From an uncultured delta proteobacterium (lineage in GTDB: Bacteria; Desulfobacterota; Desulfobacteria; Desulfobacterales; QNYZ01), in NCBI GenBank assembly GCA_963845145.1, contig CAWJQU010000001.1:320001-384000 (forward strand): 64,000 nt of DNA. The letters are read 5' to 3'. The translations under genes and the position numbers were made by a program. Under the pieces are notes generated by a model. The model was not told the DNA's origin. It made no database searches and worked only from the letters and a program-made list of their open reading frames with translations. Each line of letters starts with the position of its first letter. Positions within the stretch are counted from its first letter, which is position 1. Shown here piece after piece: positions 11,247 to 20,592 of the stretch.

Positions 11247-12812
11247 TTAATATAGGTTAACCCGTCTATGAACCCATTGAAGCTTTTCAAGCATTTTATC
11301 TTGAATTGATTTCTGCGTTGAGGCAGCGGTCATAGGTACTTCAGTACCCTCTTCTTCTACCCCGCGATTGGCCGCGTGTGCTTCCCGCTCGGCTGCCCGT
11401 TTCGCCCGAATGGCTTCTTCTTCTTCCTCGCGCTTGGCTTTCGCCTCGGCGGCGGCATCGGCTTTGGCTTGTGCATCCGCTTTGGCCTTAGCTTCCGCAT
11501 CGGCTTTGGCTTTGGCCTCCGCATCGGCCTTGGCTTTCGCATCCGCTTCCGCCTTAGCAGCTTCGTCGGCCTTTTTCTTGGCTTCTACTTCAGCAGCCGA
11601 TTTTTCTTCGGCTTCCTTGGCAGCCTTTTCGTCGACGACTTCTTTTTTAGCAGGCGCAACAGCTTCTTTTTTGGGTTCCGCTTTGGCTTTCGGTGCGGCT
11701 TTGGGCTTGGCAGCGGCTTTGGCTTTCGGCTTGGCGGCCGCTTTTTTGGCAGGTGCGGCCTTTTTCTCTTCCTTGATGGTCAGGTCCAGCTCCGGCGCCA
11801 GGGCGGCGTAATCGATATCTACATCGGCCAGTTGTTTTTCAATCCCTTTTACATCTGCCGCGGAGCCCCCATCGGATACCAGGTTGATGAAGTCCCGAAC
11901 CATGCGAACCGCTTCGGGATGACGCATAATAAGAATATCCGATCCGGCCATGAGGTAAGTTACCGCACCGACGGCTTCCATCAGGATACCGCGTCGTTCC
12001 GGATCTCCCAAAGTGGGCGCATCTTCCACGGTCTGTTTGGCTTCCTTGCATTTCCAAATCTCATTGGCGAGATTGTTGATGAGGGGCAGCTGAAGTTTGT
12101 CGTCCCCTTGTTGCAGCGCCGCCATCCGCAAACGTTCCATCACGGAAAAAGAATACTCCATGCCGTATCCCAGTCCGCCGGTGGTCGGATCAACAATGAT
12201 GTTATCCATGGAGACACCGAGGTTTTCCAACAAAATATTGACTTGTTTGGCCAGATTGACATCGATGGGTGAGGACGAAATAATCGTATGCCCATACCCC
12301 ATGGCCGCAGCCCCGATACCCTTGTGGTTTTTGTCTTCCACCGGCCCCATAACCAGATTCTTATCCTGGCATACTTCGGCGACCTGTTTGAGCACCGCTT
12401 CGTCTTTTTCAATATTGGCGGTACCCCAGACAATCAGAGGTACATCGATGGCATCCGACACTTTTTTAACCACCGCCGCGGCATCTTCGGGCGATGTATC
12501 CGCACCGTTGGGGTCGGTACTCTTCAATTGAAGGACCACCATCTCGGCGCCGTAGTCGTTAACACACTTTTGGGCCCATGCGGCAGGGTCCGAACACACA
12601 TCCTTGAACGGTGCCAAGGCGGCTTCCGGCCAGTCATCGGGCGCCATATCCCAAATCTCCATGGCAATTTTCGGCTTATTCGGCATCTCCCCTTCAAATT
12701 GATAAAACGGGTAACAGGATTGACCGCCGACAGTCACTGCACTATCGCCGGAACCCAGCGTAATTTTCCTGACAGTGCCGGAATAAGCTTCATTATAAAA
12801 CTGAAAACTCAA
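11247..12812 (-). CDS. acsD: Corrinoid Fe-S protein small (delta) subunit with a long Ala/Lys/Glu-rich C-terminal extension
   Basis: SPIDVNLAKQ, DPTTGGLGYGMEY, MERLR and MRHP motifs; TTG start after AAGGAGG. Confidence 0.93.
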   Translation of the reverse strand: MSFQFYNEAYSGTVRKITLGSGDSAVTVGGQSCYPFYQFEGEMPNKPKIAMEIWDMAPDDWPEAALAPFKDVCSDPAAWAQKCVNDYGAEMVVLQLKSTDPNGADTSPEDAAAVVKKVSDAIDVPLIVWGTANIEKDEAVLKQVAEVCQDKNLVMGPVEDKNHKGIGAAAMGYGHTIISSSPIDVNLAKQVNILLENLGVSMDNIIVDPTTGGLGYGMEYSFSVMERLRMAALQQGDDKLQLPLINNLANEIWKCKEAKQTVEDAPTLGDPERRGILMEAVGAVTYLMAGSDILIMRHPEAVRMVRDFINLVSDGGSAADVKGIEKQLADVDIDYAALAPELDLTIKEEKKAAPAKKAAAKPKAKAAAKPKAAPKAKAEPKKEAVAPAKKEVVDEKAAKEAEEKSAAEVEAKKKADEAAKAEADAKAKADAEAKAKADAEAKAKADAQAKADAAAEAKAKREEEEEAIRAKRAAEREAHAANRGVEEEGTEVPMTAASTQKSIQDKMLEKLQWVHRRVNLY

Positions 12813-13066
12813 AGCTGCCTCCTTCTCATATATGGTTAATATTTAAAATTTGCCGTTCACATCGTCTTTTTGATACTATCGAGACCCCCTCCCTGATATG
12901 TCGAGAATCTCTGTGGTGTCACCTTGGCCGAATCCTCCTTTCCACGTTTACTTTAAATTTTCTAGTTTAAGGCCGTATGGTTTACTTTCACAATCGATTT
13001 TGAGCATTACTTTTACCTGACGAGTGAAACGGTTTTCAATTAAAGACACTTTCCCAAGGAAGCGAG

Positions 13067-13094
13067 ATTATACGGAAAGGCGTCGATGTGTCAA
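13067..13094 (-). promoter_or_regulatory. Sigma70 promoter of the acsD-cooS-acsB-acsC-acsE operon
   Basis: Minus strand TTGACA-N16-TATAAT; both hexamers match consensus. Confidence 0.75.
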
Positions 13095-13245
13095 TGGAAT
13101 TCAATTGTGAATTTAGTTCATTTTCTAAGATGGGTTCAACTTGGAGCAGAACACAAGATATAGCGGTGGGGTAACTAAAAAAACCCAATAGACAGATAAT
13201 ATTACCCGATCACTGAATCGAATCAATTACCCCATGATGGTTTGT

Positions 13246-15195
13246 TTAACGGCTGTCCGTTTTTCGACGCTCAAGGCGGGCTTTTAATTTGGGGAAGAGA
13301 TTGATGTCGGTATGGGGCAGGAACAATGCCGCCACGTAATTATCCATAAAAGACGCCGTCTCAGATAACTCAAAGCTAGTCATCATGCGGGTCACTTTAA
13401 CCACGTCCCGACGAATACGATTGGTCAAGGCACTCATCCGCGCCCCGGACAAAGAACCGTTACCGATGAACGCAATCTGGCTTGAGTCGATTTCCGGTAA
13501 CAACCCGATGGTGATGGCCTTTTCCAGGTCCACATAGCTACCGAAACCACCGGCCAGAATAATACGATCAAGATCGCCGATACCCATTCCAACCTCTTCG
13601 AGCAGGGTTAAACAGCCACTATATATGGCGCCCTTAGCCCGAATAAGATTTTCAATATCGATTTCGGTCAGCACAATGTCCCGGTCGATCTGGGTTTCAT
13701 CTGCCCAGGCCAAAACATACTCCCAGACACCATTGCCCTCTCTGATGCGGGGGGTGTCAAGATCCCGATCGAATTTTCCCAGATTGTCGATCAACCCGAT
13801 TTCAAACATAACCCCTACCATAATGATCAATCCGGAGCCACAGATCCCTTTGGGGCGCGTGTTGCCGATCGTTAACAGCATCGGTTCGAAGGTCATCGGA
13901 TCAATGGAAATGTCCTCAATCGCCCCTTTGGCCGCGCGCATACCGAATTCTACACCGCCCCCCTCAAAAGCGGGGCCGGCCGAACAAGCGGCGCAAGCCA
14001 TCCAGTCCTTGTTCCCAATAACAATTTCGGCATTGGTGCCGATGTCTAGATACAAGGTCAGGGCATCATCTAAATACATGCCGCATCCCATTACTCCGGC
14101 AACGATGTCGCCGCCCACATAACTCGATACGGCTGGGTAGACCAGGGCGGTCACGTGTTCTTCAAGGGCAAGCCCAATATCAACGGCACGAACCGGTGGG
14201 TACAACGTTGCCGCAGGTACGTATGGAGACCGTCGAATATAACGGGGGTTCACCTTAAGAAACAGTTGGGTCATGGTCGTATTCCCCGCCAGGGTGATGG
14301 CGGATATGCATTCCAGACTGATCTTGGCCCGTTTGGTCAGCTTGCCGATGATTTGATTGATAGTCCCGACAACCCGCTGGTGAAGTGTCTCCAATCCATC
14401 AGGTTTTTCAGCATAGACAATGCGAGTGATCACATCTTCACCATAGCTGATTTGGCTGTTAAAATCAGCCTTTTCGGCCAGCACGTTGCCGGAGATCAGG
14501 TCGATGAGTTGCCCGTATACGGTGGTTGTGCCAATGTCGACGGCAATGGCCAGGTTGCAATCGCTGGTATCCCCGGCTTGAATATTGATGACGCGCGTCT
14601 TGCCCTTTTTTCTGACAGGGCGCGCCAGGGTGGCGGTTATCTTAAAGTCTTTTTCTCTTAAAATATCCGGTATTTTTCGAATAACGTTCAAATCCACTTC
14701 CAACCGGTGTTCATCCCGGGACATGGTCAAATGACTGACCAGACGCGTCACGTCGGGAAGATGATCCTGTGCGTTGGGGGGGGGCAGTTCCAGGTAGACC
14801 TTTTCCACCGGAGGAATAAACAGGCCCTGTTCTTTTAAATCATCAAAATTAACCGTCTGGATTTGTGCCGTCCGTCGGGGCATGGTCATCTGGTTGAGAA
14901 CACCGGCATCCACTTCGGATTCAATGGGCACCCGAATGGTCACATCCCCGGTAACCGTCGCCTGGCAAGCCAGGCGGTATCCCTTGTCAATATCGTCTTT
15001 ACGAAGGCGTTTGCTGATCCCGCCGGCAAGGACACCAGATTCAACCAGTACCCGGCATTTTCCGCAGGCACCCTCTCCGCCGCAGGAAGCATTGATGTGG
15101 ACCCCAGCTTCCATGGCTGCTCGAATCAGTGTTTCCCCTTCAGATACGGTGATAGCTTTATTGTGGGGCAAAAAGTTTATCGTATATTCAGTCAT
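13246..15195 (-). CDS. acsV: RACo-type ATP-dependent reductive activator of corrinoid proteins (2Fe-2S ferredoxin plus ASKHA domain)
   Basis: CGGEGACGKC...RLAC 2Fe-2S motif; DIGTTT, VGGD, DIGTNAE, SAGPAFEG, GICGSG and LAGGFG motifs; adjacent to the acs genes. Confidence 0.9.
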   Translation of the reverse strand: MTEYTINFLPHNKAITVSEGETLIRAAMEAGVHINASCGGEGACGKCRVLVESGVLAGGISKRLRKDDIDKGYRLACQATVTGDVTIRVPIESEVDAGVLNQMTMPRRTAQIQTVNFDDLKEQGLFIPPVEKVYLELPPPNAQDHLPDVTRLVSHLTMSRDEHRLEVDLNVIRKIPDILREKDFKITATLARPVRKKGKTRVINIQAGDTSDCNLAIAVDIGTTTVYGQLIDLISGNVLAEKADFNSQISYGEDVITRIVYAEKPDGLETLHQRVVGTINQIIGKLTKRAKISLECISAITLAGNTTMTQLFLKVNPRYIRRSPYVPAATLYPPVRAVDIGLALEEHVTALVYPAVSSYVGGDIVAGVMGCGMYLDDALTLYLDIGTNAEIVIGNKDWMACAACSAGPAFEGGGVEFGMRAAKGAIEDISIDPMTFEPMLLTIGNTRPKGICGSGLIIMVGVMFEIGLIDNLGKFDRDLDTPRIREGNGVWEYVLAWADETQIDRDIVLTEIDIENLIRAKGAIYSGCLTLLEEVGMGIGDLDRIILAGGFGSYVDLEKAITIGLLPEIDSSQIAFIGNGSLSGARMSALTNRIRRDVVKVTRMMTSFELSETASFMDNYVAALFLPHTDINLFPKLKARLERRKTDSR

Positions 15196-15257
15196 CAGGC
15201 GTCTTCCTCAGATTTATCAAATTTGTATTTATCAGATTTGGATTTTTTGGATTTGGA

Positions 15258-17138
15258 TTAATCACCTATGGGTTGATCAAAATAACAGGTCAGGATCAAC
15301 ACGTCGTCTTCGGCTTTGGTGGTGGTTTTATATGGCAGGGTTTTAAACAGGGCGACCATTGCCCGATTATGGGGTACCGTATAAGCCAACAATCCTTTAA
15401 GCCCGTTCTCCTTGGCGGCACGGGACAATTTTTTCATAAGAATCCGGCCGAGGCCCTTTCCCTGCCATTCCTTGTCGACCGAGAAAGCCACCTCCGCCAG
15501 CTCGCTCTTATCGTCAAGGAGGTATTCGCCCACAGCGATAACCTTGCCGAATCCAAATTCTCCGATGACGCCAATGAGCGTCAGGTTATCAAGGTAATCA
15601 ATCTGGGAAAGCCCTTCCACGTCGCTGCGTACAAACCGCGTTTTCTCATGAAAAAAGCGTGAGACCACGCTGTCTTTATCAAGGTTATAGTAGTGTTCCT
15701 GCAAGCGCCGTTCATCCACCGGTTTGGATGGTCGAATGGTGACCTCACGGCCACCTATCGTCAGATACTCTTCGTGTTTTAGCGGATAGACCCCACGAAT
15801 CGACTCCTTAAGGCTACGGCCGGCGCTAAAGAGTTTCATTTTTTTGGCCTCGTTAAACAGCTCATCCCGGAAATCCGGATGGGAGATACTGATCATGGCT
15901 AGGGCCCGCTCCTGTAGGCTCTTACCATGTAAATTGACCACGCCGAATTCGGAGGCCACGTAGTGCACATCCCCCCGGGGAATGACCACGGCCGTATCCG
16001 TCAAAAAGGGCACGATGCGGCTGACGGTTCCCTTCCGGCTCGTAGAGGGCATCAAAATGATCGATTTGCCGTCTTCGGCCATTGACGCCCCCCGTATAAA
16101 ATCCGACATACCGGTGACACCTGAAAAATGGTTTTGAGGCAAGGCGTCGGCGGCGACCTGGCCGGTCAGATCCATGTTCATGGCGACGTTTATGGAAACC
16201 ATTTTGTGGTGCTGGGCGATAACGGTCGGATTATTTACATAATCGCAGGGATGAAACTCGATGGACGGATTATCGTGTATAAATTCATACAGCAATTCAT
16301 CGCCAACAGCTGCTGAGGCCACCAGCTTACCGACATTGAGCGTCTTCTTCAGGTTGGTAACCACCCCCTGGGCGACAAGATGCATGATTTCCCGGGTTAA
16401 AAACTGGGTGTGAATCCCCAGATCATTTTTATTGGACAAAGCCAGCAACGTCGCCTGGGTCGTGGTGCCGGGGCTGATTTGAATCGTGGAACCGTCGTCA
16501 ATCAACCGGGCGATGAGTTTGCCGATCATATTGGCAGATTCCATTTCCGGCAGGCTGTCAACAGTCAGCAGCGGTTCCTCATGCTCCACAAAGACATCCA
16601 CGTCTCGCACATGGATAAAGCTACGCCCCATAACCCGCGGCATTTTAGGATTGACCTGGGCAATAACCAGATCGGCGGATTCGGCCGCCGCCAGGGCGAC
16701 TCCCACCGATACCCCCAGGCTGAGCCAGCCGAAATCATCAGGCGGGCTCACCTGAATCAAGGCCACCTGGATCGGCAACTGCCGGGTTTTAAACAACCTT
16801 GGTATATCGGATAGGTTTATGGGGGTCAGAAAACGAGAATTTTCAGCCAACCGCCGAGGTTTGGCCGATCCTAGATAAAAAGACCGAATGTTTAAACTCT
16901 GGTCCTGGGTTTTTTGGGCGATAAGATTCAGCGGACTGTTTTCCAAAGACATCAGACGGACAATCTCCACGTCGGAAAAATGACCGGCCGCTTCAGCCAG
17001 GGCATTTACCAGGTGCTTGGGTTCGCCGCAGGCAGAGCTGATGAACACCCGATTCCCCGGCTTGATTAACCGAACGGCCTCTTCGGCGGATCGCCGGTTC
17101 TCCGCGTAATGATCTGCCCAGTAATTTGATATTACCAT
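15258..17138 (-). CDS. Acetyl-CoA hydrolase/transferase-family domain fused to a C-terminal GNAT acetyltransferase
   Basis: VSPPDDFGWLSLG, IAQVNPKMPR and DLTGQV in the N-terminal part; AEVAFSV..EWQGKGLG GNAT motif A. Confidence 0.88.
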   Translation of the reverse strand: MVISNYWADHYAENRRSAEEAVRLIKPGNRVFISSACGEPKHLVNALAEAAGHFSDVEIVRLMSLENSPLNLIAQKTQDQSLNIRSFYLGSAKPRRLAENSRFLTPINLSDIPRLFKTRQLPIQVALIQVSPPDDFGWLSLGVSVGVALAAAESADLVIAQVNPKMPRVMGRSFIHVRDVDVFVEHEEPLLTVDSLPEMESANMIGKLIARLIDDGSTIQISPGTTTQATLLALSNKNDLGIHTQFLTREIMHLVAQGVVTNLKKTLNVGKLVASAAVGDELLYEFIHDNPSIEFHPCDYVNNPTVIAQHHKMVSINVAMNMDLTGQVAADALPQNHFSGVTGMSDFIRGASMAEDGKSIILMPSTSRKGTVSRIVPFLTDTAVVIPRGDVHYVASEFGVVNLHGKSLQERALAMISISHPDFRDELFNEAKKMKLFSAGRSLKESIRGVYPLKHEEYLTIGGREVTIRPSKPVDERRLQEHYYNLDKDSVVSRFFHEKTRFVRSDVEGLSQIDYLDNLTLIGVIGEFGFGKVIAVGEYLLDDKSELAEVAFSVDKEWQGKGLGRILMKKLSRAAKENGLKGLLAYTVPHNRAMVALFKTLPYKTTTKAEDDVLILTCYFDQPIGD

Positions 17139-17365
17139 TTTTTACTCACCGTCTATCGAATACAAAAAAAAAGGATGCTGGTCGCACGCCAAAGATAACG
17201 TAAAATACGCCAAGGCTCTGCAATTATCAAGGCCCAGTTATAAACGCCGCGGTGATATGCCCCCTTGACGATGTGAAGAAATTTATATATTTATTCCAGT
17301 TCATTAGTAAACCATAAGATGACCCGTCGACCATTTAATTCAAACGGAGAAATCGCGCCCGTCAC

Positions 17366-17896
17366 ATGAAAGCTCTCAAGCTCATAAGCCAAATCATCGA
17401 TCAATTGAATGAGTGGGTCGGTCGTGGGGTGGCCTGGGTAACCTTGGGGCTGGTCCTGGTGGTTTTTGTTGATGTGTGTATGCGTTACATGTTCAACACC
17501 AGCTTCGTTTTTACCCAGGAACTGGAATGGCACCTGTTCGCCTTTATTTTTCTGATCGGCGCCGGCTACACCCTGCTACATGACGGTCATGTGCGCGTTG
17601 ATATTATCTATCAAAGACTGGGATTTAAAGGACGCGCCTGGATCAACCTCATTGGCGTCCTTCTTTTTCTGTTTCCCGGATGTATCATGATTATCCTGAC
17701 TTCTTTTCATTTTGTTCACAATTCCTGGTCCATGTTGGAAGGGTCACCCGACCCGGGTGGCATTCCCCTTCGTTTTATCATTAAAGCAACCATTCCGACC
17801 GGATTCTTCCTTTTATTGCTCCAAGGTATCTCTCTGGGCATCCACAGCCTTCTGCAACTGTTGGGGCTTGAATCTCCCAAAGGAGAAAAATCCTGA
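17366..17896 (+). CDS. dctQ: TRAP transporter small permease
   Basis: Four TM segments; ELEWHL and GHVRVD motifs. Confidence 0.92.
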   Translation: MKALKLISQIIDQLNEWVGRGVAWVTLGLVLVVFVDVCMRYMFNTSFVFTQELEWHLFAFIFLIGAGYTLLHDGHVRVDIIYQRLGFKGRAWINLIGVLLFLFPGCIMIILTSFHFVHNSWSMLEGSPDPGGIPLRFIIKATIPTGFFLLLLQGISLGIHSLLQLLGLESPKGEKS

Positions 17897-19221
17897 TGGA
17901 ATATTTACCGGCGTGGATGTTTTTGGCATTAACAATTTTACTCATGGCTGGTTTCCCGGTCACCTTCACCTTGATGGGAACCTCCTTATGTTTTGGCCTG
18001 ATCGGATTCGGCTGGGACTTTTTTAATTTACTGCCTCTTAGGATCTGGGGTGTGATGATCAATGTCACTTTGATGGCCGTGCCCCTCTTTGTATTCATGG
18101 GGGTCATGTTGGAGCGGTCAGGCTTGGCAGAGGATCTTCTGGACACCATGGGTATGCTGTTTGGTCGCCTGCGCGGCGGACTGGCCATTTCCGTAGTCAT
18201 CGTGGGGGCTCTCTTGGGGGCATCGACGGGAATAGTGGGCGCCACTGTGGTAACGATGGGGCTTCTGGCGGTACCCACCATGCTAAAACGCGGGTATCAA
18301 AAAGAACTGGCCACTGGTACCGTCTCCGCCTCCGGTACGCTGGGACAAATCATCCCGCCCAGCATTGTTCTGGTCCTCATCGGCGATATCGTCGGGGTAT
18401 CGGTGGGTGATCTTTTCATGGGGGCCGTGCTGCCGGGCTTTTTACTGGTGGGTCTGTTCATTTTATATATTCTGTTGGTCTCCTATTTTCGCCCGGGCGT
18501 TGCGCCGGCCATTTCGAAAGAAGAGCTTGGCGCCATATCCTCCAAAGAGATGCTCGTTAGGGTCGGCAAAGCCCTGTTTCCGCCCCTCTTTTTAATGCTG
18601 GCCGTTCTGGGGTCCATATTTGCCGGTGTCGCATCCCCCACAGAGGCGGCAGCCGTTGGCGCTGTCGGTGCGACCGTATTAACCCTGGCCAACCGAAAAT
18701 TTTCCGTATCGATTCTGCAAGAAGTCATGCGCACCACCGTCAAACTGACCTGCATGGTGTTCATCATTTTATGCGGGGCCGCCGCCTTTGGGCTGGTTTT
18801 TCGGGGACTGGGAGGGGACGAACTTGTTCGGGAGTTTCTGGGTGGATTGGCGGAACAGTACTCGCGTGGCATGGTTCTGGCGATTGTCATGGGACTGATA
18901 TTTATCATCGGCTTTTTCCTCGACTTTATCGAAATCACCTTTATCCATGTTCCGGTGCTTGCCCCGATAATGATAGAATTCGGTTTTGATCCCATATGGT
19001 TTTGTGTCCTATTGGCGATCAACCTGCAGACGTCCTTTATGACGCCGCCTTTCGGATTTTCCCTTTTCTATTTAAAAGCGGTAACGCCGCCTGAGATTAC
19101 GACCGGACACATATATCGCGGTATTATTCCATTTGTCATTTTTCAGCTTATCGGGCTGACCATTGTTGTATTTTATCCACAACTTGCGACATGGCTTCCG
19201 AAGGTCGTATATGGGCCTTGA
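17896..19221 (+). CDS. dctM: TRAP transporter large permease
   Basis: GTLGQIIPPS, SPTEAAA and LQTSFMTPPFG motifs. Confidence 0.94.
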   Translation: MEYLPAWMFLALTILLMAGFPVTFTLMGTSLCFGLIGFGWDFFNLLPLRIWGVMINVTLMAVPLFVFMGVMLERSGLAEDLLDTMGMLFGRLRGGLAISVVIVGALLGASTGIVGATVVTMGLLAVPTMLKRGYQKELATGTVSASGTLGQIIPPSIVLVLIGDIVGVSVGDLFMGAVLPGFLLVGLFILYILLVSYFRPGVAPAISKEELGAISSKEMLVRVGKALFPPLFLMLAVLGSIFAGVASPTEAAAVGAVGATVLTLANRKFSVSILQEVMRTTVKLTCMVFIILCGAAAFGLVFRGLGGDELVREFLGGLAEQYSRGMVLAIVMGLIFIIGFFLDFIEITFIHVPVLAPIMIEFGFDPIWFCVLLAINLQTSFMTPPFGFSLFYLKAVTPPEITTGHIYRGIIPFVIFQLIGLTIVVFYPQLATWLPKVVYGP

Positions 19222-19361
19222 CGCCGGAAATGGATTTGTATTAAGTCGATTAATGAATGGAAAGATCGAATGGCTTTCGGCGCCGGGTTGCATCGGTTTG
19301 GTCGGCGATATTTCCGAATGCCACTTTGGCAATCTAATCCCATAAAAGCAAGGAGGATTGT

Positions 19362-20462
19362 ATGAAAAGGCGTGAGTTCCTGAAAAAGGCTGGTGTCGGT
19401 GCGGCGGCAGTCGCGGCGACCGCGGTGAATGCACCCGCAGTTTTGGCAAATAAGACCATTAAATGGAAAATGGTCACCACCTGGCCACCCAAACTAGATG
19501 TACTCCAGGAAGGTTGCGAGCGCTTGGCCCGGCGGGTTGGAGAGCTTTCCGGTGGCCGGCTTCAAATTAAGGTGTTTGCTGCTGGTGAGTTAGTACCCGC
19601 CTTCGAGAGCTTTCAAGCCGTATCCGATGGAACAGTTGAGGTGGGCAGTGGGGCCTCTTACTATTGGGCCGGAAAAGAGCCGGCCACCCAATGGTTCTCG
19701 GCCGTACCATTCGGCATGAACGCCCAGGGCATGTCCGCCTGGTTTCATGGTGCCGACGGCCTCAAGTTATGGGAGGAGTGTTATGCGCCGTTTAACCTGA
19801 TCCCCAGGCCCGGTGGATCCACCGGGGTTCAGATGGGGGGGTGGTTTAACAAGGAAATCAAAACCATTGACGATTTTAAAGGGCTCAAAATGCGCATCCC
19901 CGGATTGGGCGGAAAAGTCATCGCCAAGGCCGGTGGAACCGTTGTGAATCTTCCGGGTGGTGAAATCTTTACTTCCCTAGAGCGCGGTGTCATCGACGCC
20001 ACTGAATGGGTCGGGCCATTACATGGATTGCGATTCGGTTTTTATAAGGCCGCCAAGTACTACTACTATCCGGGTTGGCATGAGCCCGGAACCTATCTAG
20101 AGTACTTCTTCAATAAAAAAGCCTATGAATCCTTGCCCAAAGACCTTCAGCACATCGTTGATGCCGCCTGCGTTGAAAACGAGCACTGGGTGTTGGCCCA
20201 GTTTGATGCCAGAAATGGGGCGGCTCTGCAGACCCTAATCAACAAACACAAAGTGCCGGTTGTTCCCTTCCCCGATGCTGTTTTAGACGCTATGAAACCT
20301 TTGGCAGAAGCGGTTCGGGAAGAAGAAGCGGCGAAAAGCCCAATGGCCAAAAAAGTAAACGAATCGTTTAAAATATTCCAGAAAGAGGTTGGTACATGGG
20401 GCAGTATTTCGGAAAAAGCCTACTATAACGGAATTATGCCGAAATTTTCGTTAAAAGGATAG
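19362..20462 (+). CDS. dctP: TRAP substrate-binding protein (TakP-like, possibly 2-oxoacid or monocarboxylate) with Tat signal
   Basis: MKRREFLK Tat motif; WKMVTTWP, QMGGWFNKEI, GLKMRIPGLGG, IDATEWVGP and YPGWHEP motifs. Confidence 0.92.
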   Translation: MKRREFLKKAGVGAAAVAATAVNAPAVLANKTIKWKMVTTWPPKLDVLQEGCERLARRVGELSGGRLQIKVFAAGELVPAFESFQAVSDGTVEVGSGASYYWAGKEPATQWFSAVPFGMNAQGMSAWFHGADGLKLWEECYAPFNLIPRPGGSTGVQMGGWFNKEIKTIDDFKGLKMRIPGLGGKVIAKAGGTVVNLPGGEIFTSLERGVIDATEWVGPLHGLRFGFYKAAKYYYYPGWHEPGTYLEYFFNKKAYESLPKDLQHIVDAACVENEHWVLAQFDARNGAALQTLINKHKVPVVPFPDAVLDAMKPLAEAVREEEAAKSPMAKKVNESFKIFQKEVGTWGSISEKAYYNGIMPKFSLKG

Positions 20463-20495
20463 TTGTATAAAATATAAAAGATAGCATCAAAAATT

Positions 20496-20530
20496 AAAAA
20501 CCAGCTGGAGATTCAACCCGGCTGGTTTTT
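20496..20530. terminator. Bidirectional intrinsic terminator
   Basis: AAAAACCAGC...GCTGGTTTTT between convergent dctP and ABC-F genes. Confidence 0.8.
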
Positions 20531-20592
20531 AGTTTTTTGAATTCTCGTCAGACGTCAAAACCAAGTTGGCATGGCGGGCAACCGCACTCAGC

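Noticed and set aside
11368..12272. Long plus-strand ORFs opposite acsD, and similar antisense ORFs throughout the track
   Set aside because: Shadow frames of real genes, produced by codon bias and low-complexity repeats.
13105..13166. Rex-like (TTGTGAA...TTCAT) and NrdR-like (ACACAAGATATAGCGG) boxes upstream of the acs promoter
   Set aside because: The Rex match has the wrong spacing and a poor second half-site. The NrdR match is a single box with three mismatches and no nrd gene nearby.
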